From contig JAWODM010000080.1 in assembly GCA_046483305.1 (NCBI GenBank), positions 1 through 19,552 on the forward strand: a stretch of 19,552 bases of DNA, read 5' to 3'. Source of the stretch: Candidatus Krumholzibacteriales bacterium (lineage in GTDB: Bacteria; Krumholzibacteriota; Krumholzibacteriia; Krumholzibacteriales; WJIX01). The notes under the pieces were generated by a model. The model did not search any database, was not told the DNA's origin, and saw only the letters and a list, made by a program, of their open reading frames with translations. Positions within the stretch are counted from its first letter, which is position 1. Each line of letters begins with the position of its first letter. The translations under genes were made by a program, and so were the position numbers. This document shows positions 1 through 9,500 of this stretch, piece after piece.

Positions 1-65
1 CGTCCGTCTGCGCTGAATCCTCCGAACCGATTGTCGAACTGCAAGTCGTCCGGTCGCGACAACGT

Positions 66-306
66 GAGAGTGGATGCCGGGTTCGCCGGACTGGGAATCA
101 GCAAGTACAGCGCACAGTCCACCGAGAGAAGGCAACTGGGCCTGGACACCAACGACTCGACATTCGATTTTATTAAAATAGACAGGCCGACACCGGGTTG
201 GTCGCATGCGGAGTGATAGAGAAGAGGTAATGAAGAGACTGAACAAATACGTTTTTTCCGCCGCAGGTCTCTTATCGGCAGCGGTTTTAATAGCCGGCTG
301 CGGAGA
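66..306 (+). repeat. Direct repeat copy 1 (241 bp) of 1237..1477
   Basis: Manual alignment at offset 1171: 66-210 is identical, then 5 mismatches (211, 213, 268, 269, 298). Covers a gene 3' end, the intergenic RBS and the next signal peptide. Confidence 0.95.
67..216 (+). CDS. 3' fragment (49 codons + stop) of an upstream DUF4876-like lipoprotein paralog; 5' part absent from the window
   Basis: Translation RVDAGFAGLGISKYSAQSTERRQLGLDTNDSTFDFIKIDRPTPGWSHAE* matches the C-terminus of the 230..1387 protein except the last residue (E vs N). Sequence upstream of base 66 is non-homologous. Confidence 0.75.
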   Translation, partial: RVDAGFAGLGISKYSAQSTERRQLGLDTNDSTFDFIKIDRPTPGWSHAE

Positions 307-1387
307 GGATATGACGAATATTCCGGACGGCGAAGGCCATCTGGAAGTTATGGTAGCTGATACCTCTGGTTTCATAGGTGGGGGCGGAGATGAACTTTAT
401 TCTGTCTTCGATGCGGAAGTTCACCTTTCCGCCAGGGGGCATGAATACAATCTGATTTCTTTCACCGACATCGACGGAAGAGTATCGTTCTCGAACCTTC
501 CCACCGGTGATTACGCAATTTTTACGACCACCACAATCACCCCCGTTCTGGGCGAGAGCGACAAGGTCTTTACCGGAGGAGGGGAATACCGTGTGCTGGG
601 CGATGAATCGGTCAGGGATACGGTTCTCCTGTCGCTTATAAAATCGAGCGATCTTATGATAAATGAAATATTCTACTGCGGGTCCGACAATTCATCCTGG
701 TATTTCTACGGGCAGTTCTGCGAACTGTACAACGCCTCCTCAGATACCATGTACCTTGACGGAATGCTGATAACCAGACAGTGGCCTGTAGAGGCTGATG
801 TCGAGGATCCGCCGCTTGACTATGTCAGGGCCGTTTACGCATATCAGTTCCCGGGGACCCCGGTAACTGGAAAAGAGTATCCGATCGCACCGGGAGAGCT
901 GATTGTGATAGCCGCGGATGCCATGGATCACTCCATGTGGGCGGAGAACAGCGTGGATCTGTCTGATGCGGACTGGGAGACTTTCAACGCCCAGAAATAC
1001 GACTGGGACAATCCGGATGTGCCGAATCTCGACGCGGTTAATCCGGACCGGGGACCCGACTGGATGATAAACCTATCGCATGACGCCATAGTCCTGGCCA
1101 CCGGGGAGAACTGGTACCTGGAGGAATACATGCAGTCCTCCGGTACTCCCATCGTTCAGGTAGTGATACCGCTGGATGACGTAATAGACGGAGTGGAGTA
1201 CGCCTCCCATCCCGAGGTAACCAAGGAGCTGACCAGGAGAGTGGATGCCGGGTTCGCCGGACTGGGAATCAGCAAGTACAGCGCACAGTCCACCGAGAGA
1301 AGGCAACTGGGCCTGGACACCAACGACTCGACATTCGATTTTATTAAAATAGACAGGCCGACACCGGGTTGGTCGCATGCGAACTGA
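230..1387 (+). CDS. Lipoprotein with N-terminal beta-sandwich and lamin-tail-like/DUF4876-like domain (385 aa)
   Basis: Start moved to ATG 230, preceded by AGAAGAGG. Signal MKRLNKYVFSAAGLLSAAVLIAG-C has a lipobox. Motifs LMINEIFYCGS..QFCELYNASSDTMYLDG..YQFPG..YPIAPGELIVIAADAMDH and C-terminal DTNDSTFDF..PTPG resemble DUF4876/LTD proteins. Confidence 0.8.
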   Translation: MKRLNKYVFSAAGLLSAAVLIAGCGEDMTNIPDGEGHLEVMVADTSGFIGGGGDELYSVFDAEVHLSARGHEYNLISFTDIDGRVSFSNLPTGDYAIFTTTTITPVLGESDKVFTGGGEYRVLGDESVRDTVLLSLIKSSDLMINEIFYCGSDNSSWYFYGQFCELYNASSDTMYLDGMLITRQWPVEADVEDPPLDYVRAVYAYQFPGTPVTGKEYPIAPGELIVIAADAMDHSMWAENSVDLSDADWETFNAQKYDWDNPDVPNLDAVNPDRGPDWMINLSHDAIVLATGENWYLEEYMQSSGTPIVQVVIPLDDVIDGVEYASHPEVTKELTRRVDAGFAGLGISKYSAQSTERRQLGLDTNDSTFDFIKIDRPTPGWSHAN

Positions 1388-1477
1388 TAGAGAAGAGGTA
1401 ATGAAGAGACTGAACAAATACGTTTTTTCCGCCGCAGGGTTCTTATCGGCAGCGGTTTTAATAGCCGGTTGCGGAGA
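1237..1477 (+). repeat. Direct repeat copy 2 (241 bp) of 66..306
   Basis: Same alignment. Homology ends after codons TGC GGA GA(A/G) (Cys-Gly-Glu) of the lipoprotein N-terminus. Confidence 0.95.
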
Positions 1478-2525
1478 AGAGAGGCCGCGGCTGGTGGATG
1501 GTAATAACTCCATAACAATATGCGCGGTAGATACGGCCAACGTACTGGGCGGTGGAGTAGGAGCACCGGTGGCCGGCGTTACCATAAGAATCAGCGCCGT
1601 GGGATTCTTCTTCCAGAAGACCCTGGTTACCGGCGAAGAAGGATGGGCGGAAATAAACAATATCCCGGCCGGGAAATACATACTGACCGCGGAGCGGAAA
1701 TTCAGCGATCTGCTGATATTCGGCCAGAAACAGAAGAGCCTTCTCGCAGAACCTGCCATTATGGATACCATCAAAATGGGTTTTGTGCCTACTACCCCGC
1801 TGGTTATGAACGAATTATATTATGCCGGCTGCAAGGCGTCAGCCTTCTATTACTACGATCAGTTCATCGAGCTTTATAATTCTTCGGACGAGACCATCTA
1901 TCTGGATGGTTATATAATAGGGAGGGGAACCCATTTTGATGACCTTCTGGACTGGGAGAGCGTGGATTACGCCATCGCTTATTATATCTATGAATTCCCC
2001 GGACAGAGAGGAATAACCAGGGATTATCCTATCGAGCCGGGCGAATTCCTGGTAATCGCGTGTGACGCGATAGATCACTCGGCCATGGTCCAGGACGATG
2101 CATGCGTGGATATGTCCGGGGCGGATTATGAGTTCTGCAACCCGCTGGCATTCGATTACTGCAACCCGGAAAAAGTTCACCTGGAGCCGGTCACCGAAGA
2201 GGGCAAGGATTTCACCATGAATCTGGGGCACGAGTCGGTGTTCATCGCCACCGGAGAGGATTACAGCTTTCACGAGCATATTAATGACAACGGAACTCAG
2301 GTTTACGGGCATGTGCCGCTGGAGACTATCCTGGACGGGGTTGAATACGCCAGTAACCCTGAAGCACCGAGGTATATGACCAGGCGCCTGGACGCCACGC
2401 TTGCGCCGGGAGCTCCCAAATACGGGGCCAGATCGATTGAGCGGAGGTTCCCGGGGCTCGATTCGAACAACAGCGCATTTGATTTTATAGTCACGGATAC
2501 CCCCACACCGGGGTATCACCATTGA
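1401..2525 (+). CDS. Second DUF4876-like lipoprotein paralog (374 aa)
   Basis: ATG 1401 has the same RBS and a near-identical signal peptide with the LIAGC lipobox. Motifs LVMNELYYAGC..YYYDQFIELYNSSDETIYLDG..YPIEPGEFLVIACDAIDH..DSNNSAFDF..PTPG. The mature region is clearly diverged from paralog 1. Confidence 0.8.
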   Translation: MKRLNKYVFSAAGFLSAAVLIAGCGEERPRLVDGNNSITICAVDTANVLGGGVGAPVAGVTIRISAVGFFFQKTLVTGEEGWAEINNIPAGKYILTAERKFSDLLIFGQKQKSLLAEPAIMDTIKMGFVPTTPLVMNELYYAGCKASAFYYYDQFIELYNSSDETIYLDGYIIGRGTHFDDLLDWESVDYAIAYYIYEFPGQRGITRDYPIEPGEFLVIACDAIDHSAMVQDDACVDMSGADYEFCNPLAFDYCNPEKVHLEPVTEEGKDFTMNLGHESVFIATGEDYSFHEHINDNGTQVYGHVPLETILDGVEYASNPEAPRYMTRRLDATLAPGAPKYGARSIERRFPGLDSNNSAFDFIVTDTPTPGYHH

Positions 2526-2551
2526 GGATGGTAATGAAATAAGAGAGGAGC

Positions 2552-4027
2552 ATGGTTTTGAGCGGAAGAATAAAGAGAGGTTTTATTGCAGCGGCGGCGG
2601 TTCTGGTATTGATATTTATTTTCTCCCCTGCGCGGGGGAATGAATTGAGATTGTCCACGATGGGAAACTGCGGTATCGCTCTGTATGACCAGGATAACCA
2701 GCTCAATCCCTTCGATTACGGTTATAACCCTGCCTATCTTCTCAGGGATTACGACAGGGAGTGGATACGTTTCACCGCCGGGATAGAGGAGGTGTCGGGA
2801 GATCTCAGAAGGGAGTACGACCCGCATCTTACCAACAACCTTTATGCCGGATTCGCCGGGATAAAGAAGCTTGCCGACTATCACGTAACCAGCGGCAAGG
2901 TCAGTTACATGCGGCTTAATCAAAGGGAGATTTACCGGGCCATTGAGATCGATCCGTACAACGACCCTTTTTATCTCACTGATCCTACCACCGGCGATTT
3001 CGAGTATTACGGACCCAGCCTGGCGGCGAATTACGCTCTCAGGGTAAAGGATAACCTTCATATAGGAGCCGGACTGCAGTACGACATATATACAGGGCTT
3101 AAGCAGGAATATACCCGCCCGGAGATAGTGCACAACTATATAAAAGCAACCCTGGGGCTTGTCTACGAACATCCCAGCGGTTACATGTTTGGATTGACGG
3201 TTAGCCCTATCAGGAACCGGAACCGGACCAATTTTGCGAAGACCGATGAGGGGTACGATAATATTATCAACAGGTATTCCGGTGATGGGATATACGAGGT
3301 AAGGTCCTTCTCCAGCAAGCAGATAAGCGATGTTGAATGGGGAGGGGAGGTAACCGTACAAAATTTTTACATGGGGAGAAGCCTCAAACTCGGCACTCTG
3401 CTGACCTATGCGCTTCACCGGACAGAAAGCCGGTACGACGCATTCGAGAGGGATCTGATGAGCTTCTGGGAAACAGAAAGGTTCGATTTCAGTTTCCTGG
3501 GGCGTTATACCCCGGAAGGGTTGCCGCTGACCCTGGGACTTTCGGGCAGGATTATGAGCAATGACGGATGGGCCAAGAGGCCGGAATACGAGAGGGTTCT
3601 TCTCTACGACAATCCTTTCAGCATGTCCTCCGTTGGCGGCGGCATCAGTTATCTGATCGAAGAACTTAATCTGACGGCGACCGCCGATTATATCATGAAT
3701 TCATACCAGATAGAGGCCAGGGATTACGGAGCCAGCCTGTTCAGGGAGGCCGACATCATTCAGAATATCGGCAGGGTAGGGCTGGAGTACAGCCTTTACG
3801 GATTGCATTCGGTAAGGCTCGGCTTCGAAGTGATTGATTACCCGATAGACCGCTGGCTGAAGATGCCGGCCAATATGGATACCTACAGATACACCGGCGG
3901 TTTCGGCTACCAGTTCGGATTCTGGAACGTGGAAATGCAGCTGATGTACAGTGACAGCACCAAGGATGAAATCGACGAGACGAGACAGGGCTTGAGCGCG
4001 ATAATGTGGTTTACTCTCTTAAGATGA
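2552..4027 (+). CDS. Probable outer-membrane beta-barrel protein (DUF6850-like)
   Basis: N-terminal signal peptide, early NPFDYGYNPAYL motif, and many alternating amphipathic Tyr/Gly-rich strands (e.g. LHIGAGLQYDIY, ATLGLVYE, GGGISYL). Lies directly after the DUF4876-like genes. The true start may be the in-frame TTG at 2558, which is better spaced from GAGGAG. Confidence 0.6.
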   Translation: MVLSGRIKRGFIAAAAVLVLIFIFSPARGNELRLSTMGNCGIALYDQDNQLNPFDYGYNPAYLLRDYDREWIRFTAGIEEVSGDLRREYDPHLTNNLYAGFAGIKKLADYHVTSGKVSYMRLNQREIYRAIEIDPYNDPFYLTDPTTGDFEYYGPSLAANYALRVKDNLHIGAGLQYDIYTGLKQEYTRPEIVHNYIKATLGLVYEHPSGYMFGLTVSPIRNRNRTNFAKTDEGYDNIINRYSGDGIYEVRSFSSKQISDVEWGGEVTVQNFYMGRSLKLGTLLTYALHRTESRYDAFERDLMSFWETERFDFSFLGRYTPEGLPLTLGLSGRIMSNDGWAKRPEYERVLLYDNPFSMSSVGGGISYLIEELNLTATADYIMNSYQIEARDYGASLFREADIIQNIGRVGLEYSLYGLHSVRLGFEVIDYPIDRWLKMPANMDTYRYTGGFGYQFGFWNVEMQLMYSDSTKDEIDETRQGLSAIMWFTLLR

Positions 4028-4042
4028 AAGCAGTACTCTCTG

Positions 4043-4054
4043 AAGGAGGTGATC
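4043..4054 (+). promoter_or_regulatory. Orphan extended Shine-Dalgarno AAGGAGGTGATC in the intergenic leader
   Basis: 12-nt complement of the canonical 16S rRNA 3' end, with no long ORF at normal spacing. The downstream gene has its own SD (AGGAGG 4116-4121). Confidence 0.45.
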
Positions 4055-4131
4055 TATCTGCATCCAATGAACTTTGCCTAAATCCCCTGTAGTTTAATGT
4101 GCGATGCAGCAGCATAGGAGGTGCAAATATA

Positions 4132-6300
4132 ATGAAATACAGGATTACATGCTGCTTAGTCGTGGTCCTGCTACTGGCCTTCGGAACAGCGTTTGCCCAA
4201 TGGACGACCGAATACCAGATGGAAAAGGACGAAACTTTTCGTGCGGGCCATTTCCCCACTTCTACGGTGGGGTATATCGGTGGCGACTTTCTGTACAAGA
4301 CCACCGATGCCGGAGATACCTGGACTGAGATGTCCTATCCGAGCACCGAGGAGATTTTCGATATCTTCTTCAAGGATGCAAATACCGGATGGGCTGTCGG
4401 TGATATGGGCCTGATAATGTACACCACCGACGGAAATACCTGGACCAAGCATGATTCGAGCGATGTTATGAGTTCGGACGACCTTAACGGTGTTTATTTT
4501 ATCGGGACCAACGGATGGATTTGCGGTGACGACGGAATATGGTATTCAACCGATGACGGTGTTACCTGGTCCATGGCAACCATTCCCGGTACCGATGATA
4601 TAAATGACATCAAATTCATCGATGCCAGCAACGGGTACGCCGCCGCAGACGGCGACGGAATCATATACACAACCGATGGAGGCGTAACCTGGACTCAGGC
4701 GGCCGCAAATCTGGGCCCATACCCCTATACCAGAACCGATATCGAGTGTATACATGTAGTGAACGACACCATTGGTGTGGCAAGCGGATGGGGCTCTCTG
4801 ATAGGCCCTCAGCCGACCATCATTCTGATTACCACAGATGGCGGCCAGACCTGGGGCCCGGCGGATGCCACCTATTCGTATGCGACTTACACGTACGGAC
4901 ACGATATAGATACTTTTGACGACGGTGAGCTGATAATCATGGGCGGAGGCTCAGGTTCTTCGGGGATTCAGCTTCACAGCACCGATCTGGGTGATAACTG
5001 GGCGCCGTCCGAAGCCTTTTACGGTGAAGATTTCAGATTCTGCGCCGCAGTGCCCGGAACTGACCGGGTTATTGCCGGAGGAGACGAAGGGTGCCTGGCC
5101 ATGTCGAAAAACCGTGGCTACGACTGGACTTTCCTTCAGGATCCGGGGAACGGATTCGGCGGATGGCTTGACGCGACAGAGTGTGTGTTCGTCGGCGATA
5201 ACGGAAGTATAATGTCCACCGGGAACTTCGAGATGGGCGTTATAGCTCCCGAATTCTTCGCTCCGGATATCTACGCTGTGGCAACCAGGCCTTCCAATGT
5301 ATGGTATGCCAGCGGTTCGAATAACTACCTCTGCAAGTCAACCGACGGCGGAGAGACCTGGACACAGCTTCTCCACAGCAATTCCTTCTTCGAAGGCCTG
5401 TACGGCATGTACTGGTTCGACGACGACAACGGCGTGCTGGTTGGAGAATTCGGCAGAGATGACGTTATTTACACCACCAGCGACGGAGGGCAGACCCTCA
5501 ATACCGTCCTGGCCGATTCAGTTCACGCCCAGCTCAACGGCGTATCGTTCGCCCGTGATAATGAGCAGATAGGCGTGGCGGTCGGAGATGACTCGGTAGT
5601 GGTATACACCACCGACGGAGGTGCGTCCTGGAATGTAGGTTCATTCACCAACGCCGCCAACAACAAAGATCTGGAGGAAGTCTACCTGGCTACTCCTACC
5701 AATGGATTCCTTGTTGGTGATGATGGCTTGTATGCTACTTCGACTGACGGAGGAGCAACCTGGACCGTACAGCCGTCGTTTACTATCGAGGACCTCATCG
5801 ACGTTTATTTCAGTTCTCCCACGGTCGGCTGGATATCAGGCGACGATAACGACGTGTGGTGGACTGATGACGGCGGTGCAACCTGGACCAGCATAGATAT
5901 CGGCATGGCATACGAAGAAGATGTCAACGCCGTTTACTACGACTGGTCGAAGGGAGTTCTCTGGGCTGGAACCGACAACGGTTATATCGTTAAGAGGTCG
6001 GATCTTACTCCGACAGACACGGAAACTCCGGAGTCGCTTCCGTTCACCCTTAAGCAGAACTATCCCAACCCCTTCAACCCCTCGACCAGGATCAAGTTCT
6101 CGCTGCCGGAAGATTCATTCGTCAGCCTGAACGTCTATGACGTTACCGGCAAGCTGGTAGCTGAAGTTCTTAACAAGAACATGGAAAAGGGTGAATACAC
6201 AGTCGGATTCAAGGCGGACAACCTTGCTTCCGGTGTGTATTTCTACAGGCTTAAGATGGGTTCCGAAACCCTGAGCCGTAAGATGATTCTGCTAAGATAA
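4132..6300 (+). CDS. Secreted YCF48/BNR(Asp-box)-repeat beta-propeller protein with C-terminal T9SS-type-A/FlgD-like sorting domain (722 aa)
   Basis: ATG 4132 follows AGGAGG. Signal peptide ends AFA-Q. Many repeats of F.D...GWAVGD.G.I..TTDGG.TW. C-terminus LKQNYPNPFNPSTRIKFSL...LASGVYFYRL...RKMILLR. Confidence 0.85.
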   Translation: MKYRITCCLVVVLLLAFGTAFAQWTTEYQMEKDETFRAGHFPTSTVGYIGGDFLYKTTDAGDTWTEMSYPSTEEIFDIFFKDANTGWAVGDMGLIMYTTDGNTWTKHDSSDVMSSDDLNGVYFIGTNGWICGDDGIWYSTDDGVTWSMATIPGTDDINDIKFIDASNGYAAADGDGIIYTTDGGVTWTQAAANLGPYPYTRTDIECIHVVNDTIGVASGWGSLIGPQPTIILITTDGGQTWGPADATYSYATYTYGHDIDTFDDGELIIMGGGSGSSGIQLHSTDLGDNWAPSEAFYGEDFRFCAAVPGTDRVIAGGDEGCLAMSKNRGYDWTFLQDPGNGFGGWLDATECVFVGDNGSIMSTGNFEMGVIAPEFFAPDIYAVATRPSNVWYASGSNNYLCKSTDGGETWTQLLHSNSFFEGLYGMYWFDDDNGVLVGEFGRDDVIYTTSDGGQTLNTVLADSVHAQLNGVSFARDNEQIGVAVGDDSVVVYTTDGGASWNVGSFTNAANNKDLEEVYLATPTNGFLVGDDGLYATSTDGGATWTVQPSFTIEDLIDVYFSSPTVGWISGDDNDVWWTDDGGATWTSIDIGMAYEEDVNAVYYDWSKGVLWAGTDNGYIVKRSDLTPTDTETPESLPFTLKQNYPNPFNPSTRIKFSLPEDSFVSLNVYDVTGKLVAEVLNKNMEKGEYTVGFKADNLASGVYFYRLKMGSETLSRKMILLR

Positions 6301-6322
6301 GCAGGGATCATCTGACTATTTC

Positions 6323-6351
6323 GGCGGGGCGGCAACTGAAGCCGCCCCGCC
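6323..6351 (+). terminator. GC-rich hairpin after the propeller gene (terminator or mRNA-stabilising stem)
   Basis: GGCGGGGCGGC / GCCGCCCCGCC perfect 11-bp stem with a 7-nt loop. No U-tract follows. Confidence 0.6.
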
Positions 6352-6500
6352 AACCACTGAGAGCTGGAAACATTCATTGATTTACTCCAATCGCAGACAG
6401 TTATGTTTATACTTGTGTTAGTTGCTTCCAGCGTGCATTATAAAAGTATTAGGAATTAGTGGGAATTCTGGAATTATGCTGGAAGGAGAGAGGTCAGGCA

Positions 6501-9500
6501 ATGAAAAAATCGATTATTATAACGCTTGCCGTATTGATTATTATCAGCGGCTCTGAATGGTCGCAGGCAGAAGCCACAGCGGATAATAAACCGCTGAGGC
6601 TTATGAGAAGGCCTACCATCAGTAACGGAAATGTAGTATTCCAATATCAGGATGACCTGTGGGAAGTTTCCACTGAGGGGGGTGTAGCGAGGAGGCTGAC
6701 TGTTCATCCTGGAAGAGAAGATTTCCCCATTTTTTCTCCAGACGGAAAGTGGATAGCTTTCCGGGGAGATTACAATGAAAGAAAAGGCGCTCTCTGCATG
6801 ATGCCGGCAGGGGGAGGTGAGCCACAGCTGCTTACCTATCATCAGATGGGATCCATGCCCGCCTGCTGGACTCCAGACAGCAAAAGTGTGATATTCACAT
6901 CCCACAGGGAATCTTATGTGACACTGTTCGATGAGTTCTTCAGGATTCCAGCCAGCGGCGGGATGCCGGTAGAAATGAAAATAGGCAAAGGGAGCTTTGC
7001 CTCATTCTCGCCCGACGGCAAGAAAATGGCTTTCAACCGGCATATATCGAGGTACTGGTGGTGGAAAAGGTACAAGGGTAGCATGAATCATGACCTGTGG
7101 GTTTTTGACTTCGAAGAGGAAACCTTCGAGCAGCTGACCGATTACGACGGAAATGATTCCTGGCCCATGTGGACAGGAGAGAGGATCTATTTCGTCTCCG
7201 ACAGAAACGGGGATGTGAGGAACATATACTATTATGACCTGTCTACGGAAGATATAGTCCAGGTTACCGATTTTACGGATTACGGAGTAACCTGGCCTTC
7301 CATGTCCGGAGACGGGAAAAAGATAGTATTTGAGAAGGATCACCGCCTGTTCATTCTCCATACCGAAACCGAGGATGTCTCTGAAGTGGTGGTATATGCC
7401 CCCACAGACAACCGGATCAATATGATCAGCTATATAGATCCCACGGATTACATTCGCAGTTTTGATATCTCTTCCACCGGCAAGAGGCTGGTATATCAGG
7501 CCAGGGGAGATATATATACCGCCCCGGCGGAGTATGGCGATGTCAGAAACCTCACTGAGTCGTCAGGCGCCAGGGACAGGTACCCGACCTGGTCTCCGGA
7601 CGGAAAATGGATAGCCTATGTCTCGGACAAGAGCGGAGACGATGAAGTATACCTGATCGATCAGATGGGCAGGGAAGAGGAAAAGAAGCTCACCTCGGAC
7701 GGCCATTTCAAACAGGATGTAATGTGGTCGCCTGACAGCGAGAAACTCTTATACTCCAACGAAGCGAATGAGCTTTATATGCTGGAGATAGATGATCCCG
7801 AGCCGGAGCTGATCTGCAGGAATGAACACCGTGATATAACTTCATATCACTGGTCTCCGGACAGCAGATGGGTAGCGTACGACTTCGCCCGCAGAAACAG
7901 GAACCGGGATGTATACATCTACGACACCGGGAAGGACCGGACCCATAAGGTAACTGATAACCTTGCCGACGATACCGAGCCATATTTCACCCCGGACGGC
8001 AAGTACCTGCTCCTGATAACGGAAAAGTACCGGGGCATAAATACCCTTGCGAGAATAAGCCTCCTGCCCGAGGAAGAAAAGCCCTTCGAGAAGGAGGAAG
8101 ACGAGGAGACCGGTATCACGGAGGATGAAGACGAGGATAAGGACAAAAAAGACAAGAAGAAGAAAGATAAGGATGTAGAGGTCAAGATACAGTTTGAAGG
8201 TATAGAGGACCGGATGCGCAGGGTGCCCAAGACCGGCGGTCGAAGCCTTCACAATGTTCAGGCCACCGACAGATACTATTACTATATGATTAGGGGCAGC
8301 AGAGTGTTTCTGTTCAGGCCTTCATACGATCTGTACGCTTTCGACAAGAAAGAGATAAAGAGCAAGAAGATCGCTTCCTCTATCTCAGTCTATGCCATGA
8401 CCAGGGATAAAAAGAAGATAGGTTATTATGACGGCAAGTTCCATATCATAAAGGTTGGCAGCAAGGCTGGAAAGAAGAAGGATGATGACGACAAGACCCT
8501 GGTGGATATAAGTAATACCAGGATGACCCTGGACAGGCGGGAAGAATGGAAACAGATTTTCAACGAGGGCTGGCGAGTGGTCAAATACCATTTCTATGAT
8601 CCTAACCTTCACGGAGTGGATTGGGACAACATCCGTAATTATTATTCCGGTCTTCTGCCTTACGTAAGGACCAGAAGGGAGCTGAATACCCTGATGTCCG
8701 AAATGGTAGGAGAGCTTAATGCTTCCCACCAGGGAGTCGGCAGGGGAGATTCACCAATTGAGGTGCCCAGGACGTCAATGGGTTTCATGGGTGCGAAGAT
8801 GGTTCTGGATGAAAAAAGCGGATACCCCAGGTTCAAGAAGATATATAAATCGAATTATCTCTCTCTCTCCAGAGGGCGCTCGCCTCTGGATGCTCCATAT
8901 GTAAAGGTTAAAGAGGGAGACTATCTGCTGGCTATAGACGGCAAAGAGCTGGAGCCGGGAGAAAATTTCTTTAAGTACCTGGTGAACAGGACCAAGAACA
9001 AGATAACCATCACCACCAATAACAGGCCTGAGATGAAGGGTTCCATAGAGACCCGGTTCGATCCTCTCTATCATGACATTACCCTGCAGTACAAGGACTG
9101 GGTAAACAGCAATACGGAGGCGGTGGATGAAGCCAGCGACGGAAGGATCGGTTACATGCACCTCAAGGACATGTCAGGTTCCGGCTGGATAGAATTCAGG
9201 GAAAAGTTCGAAAGGTACCGCTATAAGGACGGAATGATTATTGATGTCAGGTATAACGGCGGCGGAAGCATAGATACCAGGGTGATAGATTACCTGGAGA
9301 GGCGCCCCTACCATATACAGAGGTCCAGGGGAGAATCTCCGATAGAGCGCCCCCACGACGTCTTTGACGGAGAAGTAGTGGTATTGATTAACGAATACTC
9401 CTTCTCGGACGCTGAGGTCTTCCCCAGCGCCGTCAGGGAACGAGGGCTTGGAACCGTCATCGGAGTTCCCACTCTTGGATTCGTTATAGCTGTCACTCCC

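Noticed and set aside
31..216. 61-aa ORF starting at TTG 31 as a real small gene
   Set aside because: It fuses unrelated sequence (1-65) to a paralog's C-terminal tail and has no RBS.
206..229. ORF-track starts at 206, 1377, 4099 and 6459
   Set aside because: Downstream ATGs (230, 1401, 4132, 6501) have RBSs and begin proper signal peptides. The starts at 206 and 1377 also overlap the previous gene.
66..1477. Diversity-generating retroelement TR/VR pair as the explanation for the 241-bp repeat
   Set aside because: Mismatches are not adenine-specific (G/A, G/C, T/G, C/T, C/T), and no reverse transcriptase gene is in the window.
2528..2542. Mini-ORF MVMK* between paralog 2 and the barrel gene, faintly resembling the GGTAATGAA start context of the lipoproteins
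   Set aside because: Too short to distinguish from chance.
2516..3418. Long antisense ORFs (e.g. 2516..3418, 1073..1774, 1839..2522, 9174..9956, 17099..17866)
   Set aside because: They shadow well-supported genes on the opposite strand and show no recognisable motifs.
8070..8180. Purine-rich low-complexity tract in the tricorn gene as a repeat element
   Set aside because: It encodes an acidic then Lys/Asp-rich linker (EEEK..EDEDEDKDKKDKKKKDKD), a usual feature of bacterial tricorn-like proteases.
8858..8869. (TC)6 run, and T7 runs in the signal-peptide regions near 9853 and 10721, as phase-variation tracts
   Set aside because: They are too short, frames are intact, and Leu/Ser/Phe codons explain them.
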